The position numbers and the translations under genes are program-made. Source: an uncultured Bacteroidia bacterium (GTDB taxonomy: Bacteria; Bacteroidota; Bacteroidia; Bacteroidales; ML635J-15). From it: 64,000 nt of DNA. The DNA lies in assembly GCA_902800045.1 (NCBI GenBank), contig CADCCZ010000002.1, forward strand, positions 332,131 through 396,130, in the 5' to 3' direction. The notes below the pieces were generated by a model, which saw only the letters and a program-made list of their open reading frames with translations, had not been told where the DNA came from and did not search any database. This document shows, piece after piece, positions 37,728-47,311 of the stretch. Within the stretch, counting starts at the first letter, position 1. Each line of letters opens with the position of its first letter.

Positions 37728-38966
37728 CTACTCGTGCTTATGCTCTGCAACTGCCAGACTGATGAACACTGCCGACAGCATCGTGAATATGTATGCCTGC
37801 AGGAATGCGACAAGCATTTCGAGGCAGTCCATGAACAATACGAATATTACCGACACTGGAGCGACTGCTATTGTCTGGAAGATGAATATCAGCGATACCA
37901 AGCTCAGGATGATGATATGTCCTGCCGAAATGTTGGCGAAAAGACGAATCATAAGAGCAACAGGCTTAACGATGATACCCATGAGTTCAACAACTGCGAG
38001 TATAGGCTTTACGAAAACCGGAACGCCGGGCATCCAGAAAGTGTGGTGCCAGTAGTCCTTGTTTCCGTTCAAGTTAATCATAAGGAAGGTGAAGATGGCG
38101 AGAACCATAGTCACTGCGATGTTACCCGTTACGTTGGCATTGCCGGGGAAGAACGGGATGAGACCTAATATATTATTAAAAAGTATGAAGAAGAACACTG
38201 TCATAAGGTATGGCAGGAACTTGTCTGTCTTTTCGCCAAGGTTGGGGTAGATAACATCGTCCCTTACATATAGGAAAACTGGTTCGAGGAAAGCCTGCAT
38301 GCCTTTCGGGCGACCGGGGTTCTTCTTGTATGCCTTTGCGAAGCTGATGAATACTATTAATAATATAATGGAAACGAGCATCATAGATGCCACGTTCTTT
38401 GTAATCGAGAAGTCGAGAGGTTTTTCGTTAGCGATTTCGGCGTTGGCGTTTGCCTCAAGGTATTCGAGGCTCTCGTGGAATTCCATTGCTTCGGTTGCTT
38501 CGCCGTTCTGGAAGGTAAGGCCGCCCTTGTCGTTGGCAAGATAAATCTTGTCGTTGGCGAGGATGTAGGTGTTGTCGCCCTTGGTTACGGCTTCGTGTCC
38601 GTGGTGGAATGCGCCCGACATGAAGAAGTCGAGATGACCGTTAGCAAACACGATTACTGGCAGAGGAACAGCAACTGGGACTTCAACTTCCACACCGTTT
38701 TCTTCCTTGGTGTAGTCGAGGATGTGCCATACATGCGAGTCCTTGATATGTCCCATAATCAAGCTGGTGACATCAAACTTTTCTTCCTTTGCAGCTTCGG
38801 GTTGTGCATCATCTGTCGGTTCAGCAATATTTTGCGCAATTTCGTCCGATTCCTCAATCTGTTTTGCTGTGTCCTGCGGTTGTGCTTCCGCCTCTTGAGC
38901 GCATACTGGCATTGCGAAAGTCAGCAATACACAAAGACTTAACAAAAACCAAACATATTTCTTCAT
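37728..38966 (-). CDS. atpB: F0F1 ATP synthase subunit a with a long N-terminal extension
   Basis: The C-terminal about 230 aa is typical of subunit a (RLFANISAGHII with the essential Arg). The N-terminal about 180 aa has a signal-like start MKKYVWFLLSLCVLL and an acidic region. ATG 38966 is preferred. Confidence 0.9.
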   Translation of the reverse strand: MKKYVWFLLSLCVLLTFAMPVCAQEAEAQPQDTAKQIEESDEIAQNIAEPTDDAQPEAAKEEKFDVTSLIMGHIKDSHVWHILDYTKEENGVEVEVPVAVPLPVIVFANGHLDFFMSGAFHHGHEAVTKGDNTYILANDKIYLANDKGGLTFQNGEATEAMEFHESLEYLEANANAEIANEKPLDFSITKNVASMMLVSIILLIVFISFAKAYKKNPGRPKGMQAFLEPVFLYVRDDVIYPNLGEKTDKFLPYLMTVFFFILFNNILGLIPFFPGNANVTGNIAVTMVLAIFTFLMINLNGNKDYWHHTFWMPGVPVFVKPILAVVELMGIIVKPVALMIRLFANISAGHIIILSLVSLIFIFQTIAVAPVSVIFVLFMDCLEMLVAFLQAYIFTMLSAVFISLAVAEHKHE

Positions 38967-39090
38967 ATTCCAATTATGAATTTTATTGTAAGACCACAAA
39001 TTTACATTTTCTTTTTTGAAAACTGCAACTTTTTTTAAAGTTTTTGAAAAGATTTTTTTAAGGCTTTAAAATACAATGTGTTACGCAATA

Positions 39091-39448
39091 AAAGAGTCGG
39101 AACTTTCGCCCCGACTTTCGGATTATAAATTTATAACCTTAGGTTCGTTGCCATTCAATGTTGTCTGGATTTGCAATCCAGACAATGTGAATATAAGGAT
39201 TTATAATCCGCACTCATAAGGTTGTTTTGTCCGCGCATTACAAATGATGATATTACATATTTACCACAAAGTTATTTTTTTTCGCAATATATATAAAATT
39301 GTGTCAAAATTTATTTTGCTATGAACTATAACATTTTTATATCCCGCATTTTATCTCAATTCCACTTTTGGTGCTGCACCAAAAGTGCTGTAAACACACA
39401 ACAAAAAAAAGTCGGAACTTTCGCCCCGACTTTCCTATTATAAATTTT
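39091..39448. repeat. Direct repeat pair of about 43 bp (terminator-like hairpin module) with a 315-bp period, enclosing two long palindromes
   Basis: 39091-39133 and 39406-39448 share aaaa.agtcggaactttcgccccgactttc..attataaattt with about 3 mismatches. Inside lie ttgtctggatt-tgc-aatccagacaa (39161-39185) and cacttttggtgc-t-gcaccaaaagtg (39363-39387). Confidence 0.85.
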
Positions 39449-39455
39449 GTCGTTT

Positions 39456-40646
39456 TTACTTGATAACGCCGAGTTCCTTGCCGACCTTGGTGAATGCTGC
39501 GATGCACTTGTCGAGGTGGGCAATTTCGTGTGCTGCCGAAATCTGAACGCGGATACGAGCCTGTCCCTTCGGAACTACAGGATAGTAGAAGCCAGTTACA
39601 TAGATGCCTTCTTCCTGAAGTTTTGCAGCCATATCCTGCGAAAGCTTTGCGTCGTAGAGCATTACTGCGCAGATTGCCGATTCGGTTGGCTTGATGTCGA
39701 AGCCTGCAGCCTTCATCTTTGCGATGAAGTAGTCGGTGTTGCTGTGGAGCTTGTCCTGCAACTCGTTGGTGCTCGACATGATGTCAATCATCTTGCAGCC
39801 TGCAGCGGCAACCATCGGAGGAATAGAGTTGGAGAACAAATATGGACGCGAACGCTGGCGAAGCATTTCGATGATTTCGCGCTTACCAGTTGTGAATCCG
39901 CCAACTGCACCGCCGAAAGCCTTTCCGAGAGTACCTGTAAGGATTTCAATCTTTCCACGGAGGTTGTAGCGTTCGGTAACACCGCGGCCAGTCTTTCCGA
40001 CAACACCTGCCGAGTGCGATTCGTCAACCATTACCATTGCGTTGTACTTGTTTGCGAGTTCGTAAATCTTGTCGAGCGGGCAAACGTTACCGTCCATCGA
40101 GAATACACCGTCGGTAGCAATGAGGCGGAAACGGCACTTCTGGGCTTCCTTGAGTTTTTCCTCGAGATCGGCCATGTCGGCGTTTGCATAGCGGAAACGC
40201 TGAGCCTTGCACAGACGAACACCGTCGATAATTGAAGCGTGGTTGAGCGAGTCGGAGATGATAGCATCGTCTTCGCCTAGCAATGGTTCGAAAACACCGC
40301 CGTTAGCGTCGAAGCAAGCTGCATAGAGGATAGTGTCCTCGGTACCGAAAAATTCTGCAATCTTCTTTTCGAGAGCCTTGTGGAGGTCGGAGCAACCGCA
40401 GATGAACCTTACCGATGCCATACCGTAGCCGTGAGTGTCCATGGCTTCCTTTGCAGCAGCGATGAGCTGTGGATTGTTGGCGAGGCCGAGGTAGTTGTTT
40501 GCGCAGAAATTGAGAACCTTGGTTCCGTCCTGCAATGTGATTTCACCACCCTGCGGCGATGCTATTATTCGTTCGTTCTTGTACAAGCCGGCTTCTCTGA
40601 TACCAGCTATTTCCTTCTGTAGATAAGCTTGAAAATCGTTATACAT
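39456..40646 (-). CDS. kbl: Glycine C-acetyltransferase (2-amino-3-ketobutyrate CoA ligase)
   Basis: 396 aa. FCANNYLGL, SVRFICG, and the PLP-lysine region FSMDG. Kbl-type N terminus (LYKNERIIASPQGGEI). Confidence 0.85.
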   Translation of the reverse strand: MYNDFQAYLQKEIAGIREAGLYKNERIIASPQGGEITLQDGTKVLNFCANNYLGLANNPQLIAAAKEAMDTHGYGMASVRFICGCSDLHKALEKKIAEFFGTEDTILYAACFDANGGVFEPLLGEDDAIISDSLNHASIIDGVRLCKAQRFRYANADMADLEEKLKEAQKCRFRLIATDGVFSMDGNVCPLDKIYELANKYNAMVMVDESHSAGVVGKTGRGVTERYNLRGKIEILTGTLGKAFGGAVGGFTTGKREIIEMLRQRSRPYLFSNSIPPMVAAAGCKMIDIMSSTNELQDKLHSNTDYFIAKMKAAGFDIKPTESAICAVMLYDAKLSQDMAAKLQEEGIYVTGFYYPVVPKGQARIRVQISAAHEIAHLDKCIAAFTKVGKELGVIK

Positions 40647-40715
40647 GATATTTTGTTTTTAAATTATTTTCGATTGGCAAATGTAAGAAATAATGTTTTT
40701 CGTTGAACAAAAAAA

Positions 40716-40746
40716 TTGACCCCGTTTTCGAGGTCAATTTTTTTTA
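40716..40746 (-). terminator. Rho-independent (bidirectional-looking) terminator after the dksA-like gene
   Basis: TTGACC-ccgttttcga-GGTCAA flanked by A and T runs. Confidence 0.65.
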
Positions 40747-41133
40747 TCTGTTTTGCTTTGCTTCTACGCAAAGGGTTGCATGAGGTACTGCGCGAAGTCT
40801 CTCCTTTGGAATCAACTTGCCAGTCTTGCGGCAGATACCGTAGGTACCAATCTCAATTCTGAAAAGTGCAGCCTGAAGGTTCTGTATGAACTTAAGCTGA
40901 CGTTGTGCAATACGTCCAATCTCCTCTTTCGACAATACATTCTGCCCTTCTTCCAAAACCTTGAAAGTTGGTGATGTATCATCAATGTCATTCATGTCTT
41001 CCTTGGTGAGCATACTCTTGTACAAGTCGAAATCAGCTTGTGCACGTTCCAACTTCTTGAGAATTATTTCTTTGAATTCTTCAAGTTCTTCCTTTGAATA
41101 TCTAGTCTTTTCTTCTTCCATGACTATTTCCAT
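40744..41133 (-). CDS. TraR/DksA family transcriptional regulator
   Basis: Coiled-coil N-terminal part and a C-terminal YGICRKTGKLIPKERLRAVPHATLC motif. Start is ATG 41133 or 41121. Confidence 0.7.
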   Translation of the reverse strand: MEIVMEEEKTRYSKEELEEFKEIILKKLERAQADFDLYKSMLTKEDMNDIDDTSPTFKVLEEGQNVLSKEEIGRIAQRQLKFIQNLQAALFRIEIGTYGICRKTGKLIPKERLRAVPHATLCVEAKQNR

Positions 41134-41203
41134 TAATTATAAACTCTAAATATTATACGACAATTATTATATTTTGTTTTAAAAAAGTTCAAAGTTCAAA
41201 GAT

Positions 41204-41605
41204 TTAGGATTCCTGCGATGCCTTCAGCAACTTGGCGACCAGCACGACTTCCATAACGAGGTATGCGAAATACAGCACAAAAAACTGCACGACGTATGCA
41301 ATGCGATAGTCGGCGTCGCTTCTTATTATAGGGATGAGGAACACCACGCACAGCGCCATTTTTACAAGGCTCGACGCCATGAAGGCATAACCGAAAAGTC
41401 CTTGCTTCTGCGTCATCTTCCTAAAAATGAATTTCAGCACCAGAACTACTGCCACCGTCAGCACGAAAAGGAAAAGATGTGCCTCGTATATTCCCTCGGC
41501 GGCACAAACAGGAAAGGCGCGAGCAAGCAGAAAATGCACAGCAAACAGACCGATGCCAAAAATTGCAAGTTTTGTCAAAACTCCGACTAATGAATCATTT
41601 TTCAT
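41204..41605 (-). CDS. Hypothetical 4-TM membrane protein
   Basis: Hydrophobic 133 aa. Its ATG at 41605 overlaps the atpZ-like stop by 11 nt. Confidence 0.55.
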   Translation of the reverse strand: MKNDSLVGVLTKLAIFGIGLFAVHFLLARAFPVCAAEGIYEAHLFLFVLTVAVVLVLKFIFRKMTQKQGLFGYAFMASSLVKMALCVVFLIPIIRSDADYRIAYVVQFFVLYFAYLVMEVVLVAKLLKASQES

Positions 41606-41825
41606 TCTTAACACCTTTTACTACTATATATATAGATGCGAAAACTGCAAAAAGCGACAATGCCACCGTGAACCACGGCTTTTCGGTACCGAAATACTCG
41701 TCGAGCTTCAGTCCGCCGAAAGCACCGGCAAATATCACAATCCCCATCTCGAAGGCCAGTGACGTGTATCGCGCCCACTTGCCAAGACCGGAATTGAACT
41801 TGTCGCCCTTTTCCTTGCTATCCAT
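41595..41825 (-). CDS. AtpZ/AtpI family protein (putative F0F1-ATPase accessory subunit)
   Basis: 76 aa. KWARYTSLAFEMGIVIFAGAFGGLKLDEYF...FTVALSLFAVFASIYIVVK matches the two-TM AtpZ pattern. Confidence 0.65.
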   Translation of the reverse strand: MDSKEKGDKFNSGLGKWARYTSLAFEMGIVIFAGAFGGLKLDEYFGTEKPWFTVALSLFAVFASIYIVVKGVKNEK

Positions 41826-42189
41826 TATACTGTTCTTCGACCTGAGGTTCGGCGGTACTCATGCTGCATGTGCCTGAGAATACAGCATTAGGCTCGATGG
41901 CCAACTTCGAGGTTTTTATCTCCCCTTCGACCACTGCGGTAGCTTTGAGCATCAGCAGGTTTTCCACTTTTATCTTGCCTCGTACTGTACCGGCAACCTC
42001 ACAATCCCTACATTTTATTTCCCCAGTAATCCTACCGGTAGTGCCTATTACCAGTTTTGACTGAGTTGTAAGATTTCCTTCTAATGTTCCATCGAACCTC
42101 ACATCGCCTTGCGAAACAATATTACCCACGATAGTGGTTTCACTACCGATAATATTAAGGTTGTTGCTTATTTCTTCGCTTCGTGCCAT
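41818..42189 (-). CDS. Bactofilin family polymer-forming cytoskeletal protein
   Basis: Repetitive beta-helix pattern IVGNIVSQGDVRFDGTLEGNL...GRITGEIKCRDCEVAGTVRGKIKV...VVEGEIKTSKLAIEPNAVFSG. Confidence 0.75.
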   Translation of the reverse strand: MARSEEISNNLNIIGSETTIVGNIVSQGDVRFDGTLEGNLTTQSKLVIGTTGRITGEIKCRDCEVAGTVRGKIKVENLLMLKATAVVEGEIKTSKLAIEPNAVFSGTCSMSTAEPQVEEQYNG

Positions 42190-42317
42190 AACTTATATTT
42201 TTTTTCGACCTCAAAGGTAATAAAAAATTGATAATTGACAATTAACAATTGACAATTATACAAAAATGTGGTTTAATTTTTGAATATTCAAATTATCAAA
42301 TCATCGAATCTTTTCCT

Positions 42318-42325
42318 TACATTTG
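42318..42325 (+). promoter_or_regulatory. Candidate -7 box TAcaTTTG
   Basis: TAnnTTTG, 16 bp before the ATG at 42341. Confidence 0.45.
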
Positions 42326-42340
42326 CAAAAAATTGTAACG

Positions 42341-42811
42341 ATGAAAACTAGAATAACAATATTACTGCTGGCCCTTTCGGTGGCAATAGTCGGAATGAAC
42401 TCGTGTGCAATCCAGGAGGTAAGCGTCGGCACGCCTAAAGACATAAAAGTAAACAACTTAAGTTTAAGCGGAATAAGCATAAGCGGAAAAATTCCAGTTG
42501 ACAATCCCAACTCGTTCGGGTTCAACATAAAGGGCATAAAACTCGATGTCAGCGTAAACGACATTCCTATCGGCTGCCTCAACAAAAGGGAGCGAATCCA
42601 CATCAACCCGAAGTCGAACAACGCCTACCAGATAAACTACGATGCTTCGTTCAAGGACATCGTAAAGGACCCCATAGCACTGAAAAACGCATTTACAAAA
42701 GGCAGCACAACCCTGAAGCTTTCGGGATATGTGAAGGTTTCGAAGTTTATCGTGTCGAAAAAAATAAAAGTGGAACATCAGGAGAATTTAAGCAGATTCA
42801 AGTTTTTTTAA
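42341..42811 (+). CDS. Lipoprotein, LEA_2/NDR1-HIN1-like domain
   Basis: Lipobox LSVAIVGMNSC. The pattern of VNNLSLSGISISGKIPVDNPNSFGFNIKGIKLDVSVNDIPIG is typical of LEA type 2 beta-sandwich proteins. Confidence 0.45.
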   Translation: MKTRITILLLALSVAIVGMNSCAIQEVSVGTPKDIKVNNLSLSGISISGKIPVDNPNSFGFNIKGIKLDVSVNDIPIGCLNKRERIHINPKSNNAYQINYDASFKDIVKDPIALKNAFTKGSTTLKLSGYVKVSKFIVSKKIKVEHQENLSRFKFF

Positions 42812-42819
42812 TACCTTTG
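42812..42819 (+). promoter_or_regulatory. Candidate -7 box TAccTTTG
   Basis: TAnnTTTG, 17 bp before the ATG at 42836. Confidence 0.45.
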
Positions 42820-42835
42820 CAAAAATTTGTCTTCG

Positions 42836-43273
42836 ATGAAAAAGTTCGTGATAATATTCATAATAGCCTTCTGCTCATTGCAAATGATGGGACAGAACAT
42901 AACCCCTTCACGCATAAAATACTTCAGCGACTCATGCTACAACGGAAAGGTAAAAGTTGAACAGGACGCCGCACTGAAGAACTTCATGGAAACCTGCGTA
43001 GGCCTCAACAAGAAGCGCGACGGATTCCCCGGCTACCGCGTGAAAGTTTTTGCACAGAACACACAGGACGCACGTGGACGGGCCAATGCCATTCGCTCTG
43101 CATGCAGCAACGACGACCACGAAGCATACGTAACTTTCGTCGAACCGAACTTCGAAGTGCACGTCGGCGACTTTATGACACGTTTCGAGGCTTTGGTGCT
43201 GATGAAAGACCTATTGCCAAAATATCCGGAGGCATACATCATAAAGACCAACATAAAATACCCTATCCACTGA
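42836..43273 (+). CDS. SPOR domain-containing protein
   Basis: Signal peptide MKKFVIIFIIAFCSLQMMGQ. C-terminal GYRVKVFAQNTQDARGRANAIRSA...FEVHVGDFMTRFEA resembles a SPOR fold. Confidence 0.5.
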   Translation: MKKFVIIFIIAFCSLQMMGQNITPSRIKYFSDSCYNGKVKVEQDAALKNFMETCVGLNKKRDGFPGYRVKVFAQNTQDARGRANAIRSACSNDDHEAYVTFVEPNFEVHVGDFMTRFEALVLMKDLLPKYPEAYIIKTNIKYPIH

Positions 43274-44085
43274 TGGACACCAATGAACTGAAGCGACTCG
43301 AAGGCATAGCCGCCACGATACGTCGCGACATCATAGACTCGCTGTGCGAAGCTGGCTCGGGACACATCGGCGGTTCGCTCGACCTTACCGACATTTTCAC
43401 CGTCCTCTACTTCCACACCATGAAGCACGATCCTAAAAATCCGCAGATGCCCGACCGCGACAAGCTTATACTCTCGATAGGTCACACTGCTCCAGTGCTT
43501 TACGCGACACTTGCCAATGCAGGATACTTCCCGAAAGAGGAACTTCTGACTCTGCGCAAGATTGGCGGTCGTCTGCAGGGACACCCATCATTGGCTTCGG
43601 GGCTGCCAGGAGTAGAATCGGCTTCGGGTTCACTCGGTCAAGGTTTGTCGGTATGCGTAGGAATGGCTCTTTCCGACAAGGTTGACGGTTGCTCGCGCAA
43701 GATTTTCTGCGTATGTGGCGACGGCGAAATCCAGGAAGGCGAAGTGTGGGAAGCTGCAATGAGCGCCGCACATCACAAGCTAAACAACATTATAGCCATA
43801 GTCGACCGCAACCGCCTGCAAATCGACGGACCAAACGAATCGGTAATGGGACTAGAACCGCTGCGCGAAAAATGGGCATCGTTCGGCTGGGACGTTTACG
43901 AATGCAACGGCAACAGCATCGAGGAACTTGTCAGCACTTTCGACAGCATGGCCGGCGACAAGCCGAAAGTCCTCATCGCCAACACAACCATGGGCAAGGG
44001 CGTTCCCGAAATCGAAGGCGACTACAAGTGGCACGGCAAAGCGCCCAGCAGAGAAGAAAGGGAGAAATGGACAAATAACAATTGA
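43273..44085 (+). CDS. Transketolase, N-terminal (TPP-binding) subunit
   Basis: GSGHIGGSL, the thiamine-diphosphate motif GDGEIQEGEVWEA, and about 270 aa. The ATG overlaps the upstream stop (TGATG). The ORF-track start at 43102 is an out-of-context extension. Confidence 0.85.
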   Translation: MDTNELKRLEGIAATIRRDIIDSLCEAGSGHIGGSLDLTDIFTVLYFHTMKHDPKNPQMPDRDKLILSIGHTAPVLYATLANAGYFPKEELLTLRKIGGRLQGHPSLASGLPGVESASGSLGQGLSVCVGMALSDKVDGCSRKIFCVCGDGEIQEGEVWEAAMSAAHHKLNNIIAIVDRNRLQIDGPNESVMGLEPLREKWASFGWDVYECNGNSIEELVSTFDSMAGDKPKVLIANTTMGKGVPEIEGDYKWHGKAPSREEREKWTNNN

Positions 44086-44130
44086 TAATGTACAATTGAC
44101 AATGTACAATTGATAATTGACAACAAAAAA

Positions 44131-44157
44131 AGTTCCGCCATTCGACGGAACTTTTTT
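44131..44157. terminator. Bidirectional terminator between the transketolase subunit gene and pckA
   Basis: AGTTCCG-ccattcga-CGGAACT with flanking A and T runs. Confidence 0.75.
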
Positions 44158-44183
44158 ATTCTGTAAAATGTAGAAATCCTTAA

Positions 44184-45797
44184 TTATAGCTTTGGACCTG
44201 CATCAACCAACTTCTTGCCTGCTGGGTTGCTTGTAAACTTAACAAAGTTCTTGATGAAGCGTTCTGCAAGGTCGCGAGCCTTAACTTCCCATTCGTTGGC
44301 GGTTGCGTAGGTGTCGCGCGGGTCGAGAATCTTCGGGTCAACGCCTGGCAATGCAGTCGGAACTTCGAAATCGAAGTACGGAATTTTCTTTGTCGGTGCG
44401 GTCAAGATTGAGCCATCGAGGATTGCATCGATGATTCCACGGGTATCCTTAATCGAGATACGCTTGCCAGTACCGTTCCAACCAGTGTTAACCAAATAAG
44501 CCTTTGCATTGCTCTTTTCCATGCGCTTTACCAATTCTTCAGCATACTTTGTCGGATGCAATTCGAGAAATGCCTGTCCGAAGCATGCGCTGAAAGTTGG
44601 AGTAGGTTCGGTGATACCACGCTCTGTTCCTGCCAACTTAGCTGTGAAACCGCTAAGGAAGTAGTACTTGCACTGTTCGGGTGTAAGAATTGATACAGGA
44701 GGAAGAACACCGAATGCATCAGCCGAAAGGAAAATAACGTTTTCTGCTGCTGGTGCTGCGCTTACCGGACGAACGATCTTCTCGATATGGTCGATTGGGT
44801 AGCTTACGCGGGTATTTTCGGTAACGCTCTTGTCTGCAAAATTAATCTTGCCCTTTTCGTCAACAGTAACGTTCTCGAGAAGTGCATTGCGACGGATTGC
44901 ATTGTAGATGTCGGGTTCGCTGTCCTTGTCGAGGTTGATAACCTTTGCGTAGCAGCCGCCTTCGAAGTTGAAAACGCCGTCGTCGTCCCAGCCATGTTCG
45001 TCGTCACCAATGAGCAGACGCTTCGGGTCGGTCGAAAGGGTGGTCTTGCCTGTTCCGCTAAGTCCGAAGAAGATAGCGGTGTGCTTGCCCTGCATGTCGG
45101 TGTTTGCCGAGCAGTGCATAGCTGCAATACCCTGCAATGGAAGGTAGTAGTTCATCATCGAGAACATACCTTTCTTCATTTCGCCACCGTACCAAGTGTT
45201 GAGGATAACCTGCTCACGGCTTGTGATGTTGAATACAACAGCTGTTTCGCTGTTGAGACCGAGTTCCTTGTAGTTTTCAACTTTTGCCTTCGAAGCGGTG
45301 TAAACGGTGAAGTTCGGTTCGAAAGTCTTGAGTTCTTCCTCTGTCGGCTTGATGAACATGTTGCGTACAAAGTGAGCCTGCCATGCAACTTCCATGATGA
45401 AGCGCACGTTCATGCGGGTGTCCTTGTTGGCACCGCAGAAAGCATCTACTACGAACAGTTCCTTGTCGCAAAGCTGCTTCTTAGCAAGATCCTTTACAAC
45501 ATTCCAAGTCTCCTGCGAGCAAACGTGGTTGTCGTTCTTGTACTCGTCGGTTGTCCACCAAACGGTGTTCTTCGAGTTTTCGTCCATAACTATGAACTTA
45601 TCCTTAGGCGAACGGCCGGTATAGATACCAGTCATTACGTTTACTGCGTCGAGTTCGGTAAGCTGGCCTTTGTCGAAGCCTTCGAGAGAAGGATCCATCT
45701 CGAATTTGAACAATTCCTCGTACGAGGGATTATAATGAAGTTTCTTTACACCTGTTATGCCTATCTTGGCAAGGTCTTTCAATATCTTTTCGTTCAT
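44184..45797 (-). CDS. pckA: Phosphoenolpyruvate carboxykinase (ATP)
   Basis: 537 aa. Kinase-1a [13 protein letters not shown], and LIGDDEHGW. Confidence 0.97.
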   Translation of the reverse strand: MNEKILKDLAKIGITGVKKLHYNPSYEELFKFEMDPSLEGFDKGQLTELDAVNVMTGIYTGRSPKDKFIVMDENSKNTVWWTTDEYKNDNHVCSQETWNVVKDLAKKQLCDKELFVVDAFCGANKDTRMNVRFIMEVAWQAHFVRNMFIKPTEEELKTFEPNFTVYTASKAKVENYKELGLNSETAVVFNITSREQVILNTWYGGEMKKGMFSMMNYYLPLQGIAAMHCSANTDMQGKHTAIFFGLSGTGKTTLSTDPKRLLIGDDEHGWDDDGVFNFEGGCYAKVINLDKDSEPDIYNAIRRNALLENVTVDEKGKINFADKSVTENTRVSYPIDHIEKIVRPVSAAPAAENVIFLSADAFGVLPPVSILTPEQCKYYFLSGFTAKLAGTERGITEPTPTFSACFGQAFLELHPTKYAEELVKRMEKSNAKAYLVNTGWNGTGKRISIKDTRGIIDAILDGSILTAPTKKIPYFDFEVPTALPGVDPKILDPRDTYATANEWEVKARDLAERFIKNFVKFTSNPAGKKLVDAGPKL

Positions 45798-45829
45798 GTG
45801 AAAATGTTTTATGTTATTTTTTATTATGA

Positions 45830-46711
45830 TTATTCAATTACTGTCAAATCCGTATATTTAATATCGAACGAGCCGTCGGTAATCGACTGCACCTCGTTAT
45901 TGTTGTTCAGGTAATTAAAGAAAAATGTTCCCTTTATAACCTTTGTATTTGTATTGTATTCTGAAATTGTAACAGCTCCCTCGGTTGCGGGGAAGTTATA
46001 GAATCCCGACTGAAAAGTAGCTGATATACCGTTGCCGAAATCGTGTCGACCTGTAGTTATGTTTGTAGGCAACTGCAATGTTATGCTCTGCCACGACACC
46101 GAACGGTCGCAAGCGCCATACAGTACCATTGCGGTATCGGTTTTGTTGGCATATATGTCGACAGCGCTCCATATTGTGCCGCCTGCTCCATATTTGAAAA
46201 CATTGGTATAGACATCTTCGCCGAAATCGTAGTATGTATAGGGCACATTTACAAACTTGCCTTCTGTCAGATTCTTAACGCTGCCATCGGAACGATACGC
46301 AGAAAAAGCAAATTCGCCGCCAAGAGTCTTAAGTTCGGTATTAAGCGACGAAACCCTTACGAATCCGCTTCCAGATTCGCTGTTGAGAGTAGAAAACCTT
46401 TCGGTTCCTGCCGCCATATTGGGAATAAATTCGGCATAGTGTCCATTGGTCGGGCTAAACGTATATTCACCAACCTGCTTTGCATTTAGGGTTATGATTA
46501 TGGCTTGACCGTTGCCCGAGATGCCAGTCATCTTTATCCTGCTGTCGCTTATTATTGCAGTGGGGTCGGCACTTCTCCAATTGGAGCCATTGACAAGTCC
46601 GTACATCGACACCAGTTCGCGTTTGCCCGAACTATTAGCATTGCACGACGCCAGAAAGGACAATATCGCCAACGACAGAGATATTAATATTGTAAACTTT
46701 CTACACTCCAT
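45830..46711 (-). CDS. Hypothetical lipoprotein
   Basis: Lipobox LSFLASC. 293 aa with no recognised domain. Confidence 0.6.
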   Translation of the reverse strand: MECRKFTILISLSLAILSFLASCNANSSGKRELVSMYGLVNGSNWRSADPTAIISDSRIKMTGISGNGQAIIITLNAKQVGEYTFSPTNGHYAEFIPNMAAGTERFSTLNSESGSGFVRVSSLNTELKTLGGEFAFSAYRSDGSVKNLTEGKFVNVPYTYYDFGEDVYTNVFKYGAGGTIWSAVDIYANKTDTAMVLYGACDRSVSWQSITLQLPTNITTGRHDFGNGISATFQSGFYNFPATEGAVTISEYNTNTKVIKGTFFFNYLNNNNEVQSITDGSFDIKYTDLTVIE

Positions 46712-46821
46712 ATTCTACATTCTTTTTACAAGACTGCAAATATAGTCATTTTTAATTCCTGACGAACTTTTACATATAAAAATATTTTCAGAAATAATTT
46801 TTGTGTTATTCAAAAAACATA

Positions 46822-46829
46822 TATCTTTG
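46822..46829 (+). promoter_or_regulatory. Candidate -7 box TAtcTTTG for tRNA-Ser
   Basis: TAnnTTTG, 43 nt upstream of the tRNA 5' end. Confidence 0.4.
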
Positions 46830-46871
46830 CACCCGCATTTCCGCTTTTAGGAGATGTTCAGATTTTAGCAC

Positions 46872-46961
<90 letters not shown>

Positions 46962-47021
46962 AAAAAATAGCGAAGCAAAAGCTTCGCTATTTTTGTTTTC
47001 TGCAAATCCTTGAATGCTCGC

Positions 47022-47257
47022 ATTCAAAAGGAATTGCAGAAAACAAAAATGAAAACGCAGTGAAACAAGTTTTCTATTTTTTTTGCAAGGACGCCCGCGG
47101 CAGCGCCAGGGATATGCAATCCCCCTCACAACGTTTTTTATTCAAAAGGAATTGCAGAAAACAAAAATGAAAACGTAGCGGAGCAAGTTTTCTATTTTTT
47201 TTGCAAGGACGCCCGCGGCAGCACTAGGGATATGCAATCCCCAACTCTCTCCGCAAC
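47022..47257. repeat. Two tandem copies of a 118-bp unit ending in degenerate tRNA-Ser 3' end copies
   Basis: Units 47022-47139 and 47140-47257 are near-identical. Unit 2 ends aatccccaactctctccgcaa, compared with the tRNA 3' end aatccccctctctccgcaa (46945-46963). Confidence 0.85.
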
Positions 47258-47268
47258 AACAAAAAAAA

Positions 47269-47292
47269 CGCTGCGATATACAGCGTTTTTTC
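47269..47292. terminator. Bidirectional-looking terminator
   Basis: ACGCTG-cgatata-CAGCGT flanked by A8 and T6, 20 bp after the stop of the minus-strand gene at 47312. Confidence 0.65.
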
Positions 47293-47311
47293 ATTTTAAT
47301 GTATTTCTCAA

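Noticed and set aside
39091-39448. The 315-bp segment flanked by 43-bp direct repeats, read as a MITE with a target-site duplication.
   Set aside because: The flanking repeats are far too long for a typical TSD and are themselves a terminator-like hairpin. The segment has no terminal inverted repeats. A local duplication of the kbl terminator region fits better, and this is reported as a finding instead.
43102-43272. The 327-aa version of the transketolase ORF starting at 43102.
   Set aside because: The first 57 codons overlap the SPOR gene in another frame and are Arg-rich nonsense. The conserved transketolase sequence begins at the ATG at 43273, which overlaps the SPOR stop.
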